Origin: Dehalococcoidia bacterium
GTDB taxonomy: Bacteria > Chloroflexota > Dehalococcoidia > Lucifugimonadales > UBA2985
Assembly: GCA_965221925.1 (NCBI GenBank)
Contig: OZ244924.1
Coordinates: 169,609 to 233,608 of the forward strand
Direction of reading: 5' to 3'
Length of the DNA stretch: 64,000 bases
The notes under the pieces were generated by a model that saw only the letters and a program-made list of their open reading frames with translations, had not been told where the DNA came from and searched no databases. Below, in pieces: positions 57,374-64,000 of this stretch (position 1 is the stretch's first letter; every line of letters begins with the position of its first letter). Both the position numbers and the translations under genes were made by a program.

Positions 57374-58629
57374 TGAGGCGCTTAGAAGAAGATGGGACGA
57401 TACCCGACGGCTGGAGCATAGTGCGCCTGGGGCAGGTGGCGGACGTATCATTCAGCAGTGTCGACAAGAAGACGACCGATGGTGAGGTGCCAGTTGAACT
57501 CTGCAACTATACCGATGTCTTCTACAACCGCCGGATTCGAGTCGGAATGAAGCTGATGACCGCCACCGCTACTCCGGTTGAACGAGACACATGGAGCTTG
57601 AAGAAGGGCGATGTTCTGTTTACCAAGGACTCGGAAACACCGGATGAGATCGGAGTCCCGTCCTACGTCTCCGACGACATGCCCAACGTGCTGTGCGGCT
57701 ATCACCTGGGATTGGCCCGGTCATCTTCCAGCTTGGCATATGGCGCATTTCTAGCTAGAGCTCTGGCTTCCCGTGCCTCTGCGCAAGAGTTTTCGAGAAT
57801 CGCTAACGGCGTAACGCGATTCGGGCTGACCTTAGAAGCTACACGCAATCTCCCCATCCCCCTCCCGCCCCTCCGGGAGCAGCGGGCCATCGCCGCCGTG
57901 CTGGACTCCATTGACGACGCCATTGAGAACGCCGAGGCCGTCATCGCGGCCACTGAGCGCCTGCGCGACGCTCTGCTGCACGAGCTGCTCACTCGCGGGA
58001 TGCCGGGGTGGCATTCGGAGTGGAAGGAGGCGCCGGGCCTGGGGACGATCCCGGCGGGGTGGGAGGTGGTGCGGCTGGGGGAGGTGGCGACCATGAGCCA
58101 AGGCGGCACCCCGCGGAAAAACAGGCTTGAATATTGGGGCGGCCATATTCCCTTCGTAACTGGTGCTGACTTGATGGGGTTCCGCATAGGGAGATTGAAC
58201 GCACGCTCCTTCCTGAGCGCCGAGGGCCTTTACTCGGGTGCCACAGCAGTTTGCAAACCTGGAGACTTGTTGCTTGCTACGCGGACGACAGTCGGCCTTG
58301 CTGGTATAGCTACAGAGATGATGGGGGCAAGCCAGGATATAACCTGCCTCGTTGCAAATCGTCGAGTCGATGCGGAGTATCTGTGCAGATCCTTGGTACG
58401 ACTAGCTTCATCATTGCAGAAGAAGTCTCGTGGCACCACTATTCAAGGAATCACAAGAGAGGACGTGGCTTCTCTCCAATTTCCGCTCCCACCTCTCCCC
58501 GAACAGCGGGCCATCGCCACCGTGCTGGACAGCGTGGATGATGCTGTTGAAAAGGCGCGAACGAATATGCTAAAATCCTTGAAAGAATCAACCGCGGACG
58601 CGCTGCTGACGGGTTGGGTGCGTGTGTAA
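57373..58629 (+). CDS. hsdS: Type I restriction-modification system specificity subunit (two TRDs)
   Basis: Two TRDs are each followed by the conserved spacer helix: PLPPLREQRAIAAVLDSIDDAIE and PLPPLPEQRAIATVLDSVDDAVE. The TRD2 DNA is visibly A/T-richer. Confidence 0.9.
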   Translation: MRRLEEDGTIPDGWSIVRLGQVADVSFSSVDKKTTDGEVPVELCNYTDVFYNRRIRVGMKLMTATATPVERDTWSLKKGDVLFTKDSETPDEIGVPSYVSDDMPNVLCGYHLGLARSSSSLAYGAFLARALASRASAQEFSRIANGVTRFGLTLEATRNLPIPLPPLREQRAIAAVLDSIDDAIENAEAVIAATERLRDALLHELLTRGMPGWHSEWKEAPGLGTIPAGWEVVRLGEVATMSQGGTPRKNRLEYWGGHIPFVTGADLMGFRIGRLNARSFLSAEGLYSGATAVCKPGDLLLATRTTVGLAGIATEMMGASQDITCLVANRRVDAEYLCRSLVRLASSLQKKSRGTTIQGITREDVASLQFPLPPLPEQRAIATVLDSVDDAVEKARTNMLKSLKESTADALLTGWVRV

Positions 58630-58645
58630 GTGGGAGAGGGAATTC

Positions 58646-59551
58646 ATGACCAATAAAGAGGAATCTCAACTCGTTGTCACTGACCTGCCTATTACGTTAT
58701 ACCTGAATCAACAAGTGACGTTCGATATCCTTGCAGCACTAGAGGACGGCTTCTCACGCTTCTCAACCGTGCAAACTACATCCTCTGGAGAGAAACTGAC
58801 AGAAGTTTCTGGGGAAGCACAGGTTGGAGCCAACCTCACTTTGTTTGGAATGAAATTCGGTGGACGTAGGTCTCGACAAACAGGGCAGGCGCAGAATGAG
58901 AGCACTACGGAAGAAATTATCCACACACCGGCATCGTTGTTCGCTCGCCTGCGAAGAGATTTGCGTAGTCGCGGCCTGGTGACCGATCTATTAGACCCAT
59001 CCGGCCTTGGCGGGGTTCGCCCCAGCGACTTTGTGGAATTTGAAGCGACTCTTCAGCGAAATAAAGTTCTGGTTCAACTATCGACACTTGCCGAACTTGT
59101 TCCAATAATGAGCGCCTTTGAAGAACCGTCCGTATCGAAGGCGTCCCGCTCGCGCAAGCAAAACAAGAACACGAACTCCGCGATGCTTACACAGGTCAAC
59201 TCGTTGCTACACGCATTAACAACAGGCGGATCCCAAGACCTGATCTCAAAGGTGGGTCAAATCAATGTGGTCATCACCACTGAGCAGCAATACTTCATTG
59301 ATCCCACTATGAATGACATCATTGACGGAACGTTTCGCGTTTTCGGTAAGGCTAGCCGCGTCATTCCAGAACCCAACGACGAGAACATCGACCTTCTGAG
59401 GAAGGCCCCGCTTGGACAATTCAAATCCCTGTTGCCCACCATTCAAGAGGCAATGAGTCAATTTGCTCATGAGCTGGGTTATTCTGGAGATTCATCCACT
59501 GAGATTCAGGGGCCAGCAATCCAGGTTATCCCGATCGCGATATTTTCGTAA
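58646..59551 (+). CDS. hypothetical protein of unknown function embedded between hsdS and hsdR
   Basis: The ATG at 58646 lies 5 nt after GGGAGAGGG. The track ORF starts at 58622, inside the hsdS stop region. The product is 301 aa. A central S/K/R/N-rich linker (SVSKASRSRKQNKNTNSAM) separates two halves. No TM helix or catalytic motif is recognised. The stop overlaps the hsdR ATG (TAATG), and the sequence is strongly A/T-richer than the flanking hsd genes. Confidence 0.7.
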   Translation: MTNKEESQLVVTDLPITLYLNQQVTFDILAALEDGFSRFSTVQTTSSGEKLTEVSGEAQVGANLTLFGMKFGGRRSRQTGQAQNESTTEEIIHTPASLFARLRRDLRSRGLVTDLLDPSGLGGVRPSDFVEFEATLQRNKVLVQLSTLAELVPIMSAFEEPSVSKASRSRKQNKNTNSAMLTQVNSLLHALTTGGSQDLISKVGQINVVITTEQQYFIDPTMNDIIDGTFRVFGKASRVIPEPNDENIDLLRKAPLGQFKSLLPTIQEAMSQFAHELGYSGDSSTEIQGPAIQVIPIAIFS

Positions 59552-62500
59552 TGACAATGGTTACCCCCGCCAAGCTCAACGAGTTCAACCACGCCGAGGA
59601 CCCGGCGCGCCGGTTGCTGGAGCGGTTGGGGTGGAGCTATGTGCACCGCGAGGCGCTGGCGGCGGAGCGCGGGGACGAGCGGGAGGCGCTGCTGAGGAGG
59701 CGACTGAAGGCGGCGCTGGGGCGACTGAACGAGTGGATGACGGAGGAGCAGGCGGAGCGCGCCGTCTTCGATCTGGAGCACGTCAACGCCACCGGCATGG
59801 CCCGCAACCAGGCTGTCCACGAGTACCTGACCTACGGGATGCCCCTGACCGTTGACGGGCCGCGCGGAAGAGGCTCGCGCACCGTCCGCTTCTTCGACTT
59901 CGACCACCCGGAGGGCGGACTCAACGAGTTCGTCGTCACCACGCAGTTCCGGGTCCGCCGGGGCAGCGAGCGGGATGGGGCCGAGGACGACGAGCGCATG
60001 GTCATCCCCGACCTGGCGCTGTTCGTCAACGGCGTTCCGCTGGTGGTGATGGAAGCGAAGTCGCCGTCGCTGCTGTACGTGTGGAAATCCCAGGCGGTGC
60101 GCCAGCTCCTGCGCTACCAGGAGGCGGGGCCGGAGTGGCACGGCGCGGGCGCGCCGGAGCTGTTCCACTACAACCTGCTATGCGTCGCGCACTGTGGGGC
60201 CGCAGCAGCCTACGCCGCCCTCGGCGCGCCGGAGAACGCCTATTTCGAGTGGAAGTCGGTACTGCCGTACTCGGACGACGAGGTGCGGCAGCGCTTCGGC
60301 GTTGAGCCTCAGGGGCAGGCGCAACTCATTGTTGGGCTGCTGTCGCCGTCGGCGCTGCTGGACGTTCTGCGCGACTACGTGGTCTACGAGCCGGAGCGGG
60401 GGCGGCTGGTGAAGAAGCTGCCCCGCTACCAGCAGTACCGCGCCGTCCGCGCGGCGGCGGAGCGGATGCTGTCGGGCCGGAAGCCGGAGGAGCGTGGCGG
60501 GGTGATCTGGCACACCCAGGGTTCTGGCAAGTCGCTGACGATGCTGTGGTTGGCGACGAAGCTGCGCCGCGAGCCGCGCTTGGGCAATCCCACCATCGTC
60601 GTGGTCACCGACCGCAGGCAACTCGACCGGCAGATCACCGGAACCTTCGAGCGCTGCGGCTTCCCCGCGCCGGAGCAGGCTCCGAGCACACGCGAGCTGC
60701 GCCGGTTGCTCAGCACAGGAGCGGGCCGGACGGTGATGACCACCATTCAGAAGTTCGAGGAGGCGTTGACCGCCCCCGAGGGCCGTCTCGACGTGCTCAA
60801 CGCCTCGGAGAACGTCATCGTCATGGTGGATGAGGCCCACCGCACGCAGTACGGCATTCTCGGCGCGCGCATGTCGGACGCCCTGCCCAACGCAACGCTT
60901 GTCGGCTTCACCGGCACGCCTATAGACAAGGACTTCAAGCGCAGCACCATGCGGCGTTTCGGCTCTCTCATCGACGCCTACACTATCCCGCAGTCGGTGG
61001 CCGATGGCGTGACAGTACCCATCTGGTACGAGGCGCGGCTGCCGGAGCTGGCCATTGAGGGGCCGGAGACGCTGGACAAGCTGTTCGAGGCGATGTTCGG
61101 CGACGAGCCGCCCGCGGTCCAGATGCAGATTCGCCGCCGCTACGCCAACAAGGAGACGGTCGCCGAGGCGGAGCGTCGCATCGAGATGATCGCCTTGGAC
61201 ATCGCCGACCACTTCAAGGCGAAGGTGCGCCCCAACGGCTTCAAGGCGCAGGTCGTCGCGCCAAGCCGGGCCGCCGCGCTGCGCTACGCCGAGCGCCTGA
61301 ACAGCTTCGGCCTGCGCGCCTATCCCGTCATCACGACGACGCCCAACGACGGCCCGGAGTTCAGGGCGGCCCGCGAGATCGACCAGGAGCAGGTCGTCAA
61401 CGCCTTCGTCGATCCGACGGGGGAGCCGGAGGCGCTGGTCGTGGTGGACATGCTGCTCACCGGCTTCGACGCGCCCGTGGAGCAGGCGCTCTACTTGGAC
61501 CGGCCTCTTCGGGAGCACGGCCTGCTTCAGGCTATCGCCCGCGTGAACCGGCGATTCTCTCACGAGCAGGACGGCGTGCCCACCGAGAAGACGCACGGTC
61601 TCGTCGTCGACTACCACGGCGTCTCCCGGAACCTGGAGGAGGCTCTCTCGACGTTCGAGTGGCCGGACGTGCAGGACACGATGCGCGAGCTGGACGAGGA
61701 CCCTGCGCCGGTCATCGAGGCGGCCGCCGTCCAGACGGAGTCTCACTTCAGGGGGCGCGACCTGGGGGATATCTGGGCGTGCGTCAGCGTCTTCGCGCCG
61801 GACGCTTCGACCGAGGGCAACTTCAAGGCCGACCTGTTCGAGCGGTTCAACGCGGACTACCGCCGGTTCTCACGTCTCATGGACCGTTTCCTGCCCAACC
61901 CGCGCTCGCTCCCTTACGTGAATCGCCTAGCCCGGCTCACGGAGATTCGGGCCTACGTCCGGGCCCAGTTCCTGCGTGAGGACGCCGGCGTGAACTGGAC
62001 CGAGATCGGGGCAAAGGTCAAGAAGCTGGTGGACGAGCGCATAGGCGCCAATGTCCGCGAGTTGATGAGGCCGGTCTCCATACTCGACCGGGACTTCGAA
62101 CAGAAGATCGCCGCCCTCCCGCACGACGAGGCGCGCGCATCGATCATGGAGCACGCCATTCGCGCTCATATTCACGAACGCCTCACCGACAATCCCGTTT
62201 TCTACGAGCGGCTCTCGGAGCGGCTGACGCGCATCATCGAAGACCTTCGCAACCGGCTGATTGACTCAGCCGAGGCGTGCCGGCGTCTGGCAGTCCTGCG
62301 GCATCAGGTGCAGAGCGAGGCCGACGTCGCCGCCGTGCATGGCCTGTCGCCGGTGTCCTTCGCCATATACGAGCTGCTTGATGGCCGCTCGGAGAATCCA
62401 GTTCCCGATGCGGCCGTGCGCGAGGACCAGACTCCGTACCGGACACACTTCGATGAGGAGACCAAGCGCGTTGCGCAGAAGGTGGAGTCCATGGTCGACG

Positions 62501-62664
62501 GCCACAAGGCCGTGGTCGACTGGCAATCGAACCTGGAGATCCAGCGGGAGATGCGCCGCGACATCAAGCGCGAGCTGAGAGATACCGGCGACTACACCGA
62601 AGAGCGGTTGGAGGAGTTGGCTAGTAAGATCGTCGAGTTGGCCCGCCGGAGGAGTCGGGGGTGA
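59551..62664 (+). CDS. hsdR: Type I restriction endonuclease subunit R
   Basis: The N-terminal PD-ExK nuclease motif is PDLALFVNGVPLVVMEAKSP. Helicase motif I is HTQGSGKSLTM and motif II is MVDEAHRTQ. SF2 motifs continue to QAIARVNR. The ORF is 1037 aa. Confidence 0.95.
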   Translation: MTMVTPAKLNEFNHAEDPARRLLERLGWSYVHREALAAERGDEREALLRRRLKAALGRLNEWMTEEQAERAVFDLEHVNATGMARNQAVHEYLTYGMPLTVDGPRGRGSRTVRFFDFDHPEGGLNEFVVTTQFRVRRGSERDGAEDDERMVIPDLALFVNGVPLVVMEAKSPSLLYVWKSQAVRQLLRYQEAGPEWHGAGAPELFHYNLLCVAHCGAAAAYAALGAPENAYFEWKSVLPYSDDEVRQRFGVEPQGQAQLIVGLLSPSALLDVLRDYVVYEPERGRLVKKLPRYQQYRAVRAAAERMLSGRKPEERGGVIWHTQGSGKSLTMLWLATKLRREPRLGNPTIVVVTDRRQLDRQITGTFERCGFPAPEQAPSTRELRRLLSTGAGRTVMTTIQKFEEALTAPEGRLDVLNASENVIVMVDEAHRTQYGILGARMSDALPNATLVGFTGTPIDKDFKRSTMRRFGSLIDAYTIPQSVADGVTVPIWYEARLPELAIEGPETLDKLFEAMFGDEPPAVQMQIRRRYANKETVAEAERRIEMIALDIADHFKAKVRPNGFKAQVVAPSRAAALRYAERLNSFGLRAYPVITTTPNDGPEFRAAREIDQEQVVNAFVDPTGEPEALVVVDMLLTGFDAPVEQALYLDRPLREHGLLQAIARVNRRFSHEQDGVPTEKTHGLVVDYHGVSRNLEEALSTFEWPDVQDTMRELDEDPAPVIEAAAVQTESHFRGRDLGDIWACVSVFAPDASTEGNFKADLFERFNADYRRFSRLMDRFLPNPRSLPYVNRLARLTEIRAYVRAQFLREDAGVNWTEIGAKVKKLVDERIGANVRELMRPVSILDRDFEQKIAALPHDEARASIMEHAIRAHIHERLTDNPVFYERLSERLTRIIEDLRNRLIDSAEACRRLAVLRHQVQSEADVAAVHGLSPVSFAIYELLDGRSENPVPDAAVREDQTPYRTHFDEETKRVAQKVESMVDGHKAVVDWQSNLEIQREMRRDIKRELRDTGDYTEERLEELASKIVELARRRSRG

Positions 62665-63389
62665 ACGAACGGGGTCGTATCCGCTTCGGCAACACGACCA
62701 TCGAATACGAGGTCCGTCGCAGCGAACGGCGCAGAAAGACCGTGCAGATCACTGTGGACGGCGGCGGCGTGCAGGTCGCTGCGCCCATGACAACGACGGA
62801 CGACGACCTGCGGGCTATCGTGCGGAAGCGGGCGCCCTGGATCCTTGGCCGTGCGTCGGGGGCGATGCTGGAGGCTGCGCCGAAGCGCTTCGTCAGCGGT
62901 GAGACGCTGCCGTACCTGGGCCGCAACGTCCGCATGATCGTCGAGTCTGCGGTCGTGCGGTCGCCTGAGATCCGCTTCGATCACTGGCGCTTCCGGGTCG
63001 CCGTGCCGCAGGGTCTCAATGGTAGTGAACGCTACGAGTCGATTCGCCGCAGTATTGTCGGGTGGTATAGGGATCGCGCCGCCGCTCGGCTGTCGGATGT
63101 TGTTGAACGCTGGTGGCCCCGGCTGGGCAGGGGAGAGAGGTCGCAGATACTCGTCCGCGACCAGCGTCAACGCTGGGGAAGCTGCGCGCCGGACGGCACG
63201 TTGCGCTTCAACTGGCGCGCAATGATGCTGGAGCCTGCTCTCATCGAGTACGTCGTCGTCCACGAGTTGGCGCACCTGACCCATCGGAACCACTCGATGG
63301 ACTTCTGGGGCTTGGTGGCCAAGGCGATGCCAGACGCGCAGCAGCGGCGCCAGCGTCTGCGGGAGGCCGGGCGGGCGCTTCCCCTGTGA
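62661..63389 (+). CDS. YgjP-like (DUF45/M48-type, SprT/WLM-like) zinc metallopeptidase
   Basis: The GTG start overlaps the hsdR stop (GTGA). The C-terminal HExxH block is VVHELAHLTHRNHSMDFW. Confidence 0.85.
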   Translation: MNERGRIRFGNTTIEYEVRRSERRRKTVQITVDGGGVQVAAPMTTTDDDLRAIVRKRAPWILGRASGAMLEAAPKRFVSGETLPYLGRNVRMIVESAVVRSPEIRFDHWRFRVAVPQGLNGSERYESIRRSIVGWYRDRAAARLSDVVERWWPRLGRGERSQILVRDQRQRWGSCAPDGTLRFNWRAMMLEPALIEYVVVHELAHLTHRNHSMDFWGLVAKAMPDAQQRRQRLREAGRALPL

Positions 63390-63739
63390 CGCTCCATCGC
63401 TGGATGCCTCGCTGTGCTCATCCGCACTGCGTTATCGGCCAGGCCGCCTTCTGCAGGCGTCGAACACTGCGCAGGACTGGTAGACTCGGCCGGTGGCGCT
63501 CTCAGTCCGACAACTGCTCCACCACCGCAGCCGGCTGCCCGGACCCTCGAATACGAAACTGATTAGGGTCAGATAGGTGTCGGACAAGCGATCTGGTCAG
63601 GGCCGTACCTGCTCCGCCGTTTTCGTGCAGTCTGGCGGCCCCGCGCCGACCGGCTCGGCCTGCTGGCCCTGCTCCAAGCAGAGCGCCCATTAGGAGAGGA
63701 CTAAGCAGCTTCCGCCTTCGGTTGCGTCAACATGGTGGC

Positions 63740-64000
63740 TCAGCCCCTCTCGACGACGGGAGTTACCGACACCCGGCCCCTGTCGTCGTACCCCGCACGG
63801 TACGCGTAGTCCACCTTGGCGCCCCAGGGCACACGACCGCAAACCCGAACGGCGCCGCCTCCATCTTTACTGCCACGCCCAGGCCCACCGGCGCCGCACG
63901 CCACCATGCCGTGCCGCTCATCCTTGCGCCAACCCAGCGCCTTCACCTCGGCGGGCATGACCCGCTCCGCCGCCTTCGTCCGCTGGAACAGGACCCCATG
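63740..64000 (-). CDS. hypothetical protein, C-terminal part (frame stays open to the right edge)
   Basis: The minus-strand frame is open from 64000 down to the stop at 63740. No motif is recognised, so it could be a high-GC artefact. Confidence 0.2.
   Translation of the reverse strand, partial: HGVLFQRTKAAERVMPAEVKALGWRKDERHGMVACGAGGPGRGSKDGGGAVRVCGRVPWGAKVDYAYRAGYDDRGRVSVTPVVERG

Noticed and set aside
59506-61746. 220-aa and 522-aa minus-strand ORFs inside hsdR, plus similar antisense ORFs in hsdM (55718..56614) and in the R-M pseudogene (32342..33250, 34329..35303)
   Set aside because: These are high-GC antisense open frames without motifs. The sense strand carries unambiguous helicase and methyltransferase motifs.
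63502-63690. 62-aa minus-strand ORF after the YgjP-like gene
   Set aside because: It is a Gly/Ala/Arg-rich, low-complexity ORF with no start context, most likely non-coding.

Overview
This is a high-GC bacterial chromosomal segment. Its repeat content and leaderless-looking promoters suggest a Chloroflexota-like organism, but I cannot verify that. I can support about 55 genes.

Core genes:
- Two giant FtsX-type ABC permeases plus the start of their ATPase.
- chrA, and a LivJ-like binding protein translationally coupled to a histidine kinase.
- lepB, tRNA-Lys(UUU), moaD/moaE and thrS.
- nfi, and prfB with its programmed +1 frameshift.
- ccmABC plus a CcmD-like gene.
- A glycerate kinase / hydroxypyruvate reductase / HpcH-aldolase cluster.
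- A tandem-fused family III CoA-transferase.

Four visibly A/T-richer accessory islands interrupt this backbone:
1. 17.9-22.1 kb: C5-cytosine methyltransferase, an 810-aa GHKL-ATPase protein of unknown C-terminal function, and Vsr.
2. 24.0-26.5 kb: HigB toxin, a HigA-like HTH fused to an ImmA/IrrE metalloprotease, and a HAD hydrolase.
3. 32.3-36.2 kb: a Type IIG-like nuclease/N6-methyltransferase gene frameshifted exactly inside its NPPW catalytic motif. GC-rich repeat arrays bracket it, and an IS1595 transposase remnant follows.
4. 54.3-63.4 kb: a nine-gene, translationally coupled Type I R-M operon. Its order is half-hsdS, hsdM, hicA, hicB, DUF2442, hsdS, an unknown 301-aa gene, hsdR, and a YgjP-like metalloprotease.

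A modular GC-rich repeat family fills five intergenic regions. One of these is a 75-bp tandem array, and the family produces many spurious long ORFs.

The best candidates for an undescribed system are the GHKL protein inside the dcm/vsr cassette and the low-GC 301-aa gene wedged between hsdS and hsdR.

All functional calls come from motif recognition by eye. No database search was run.
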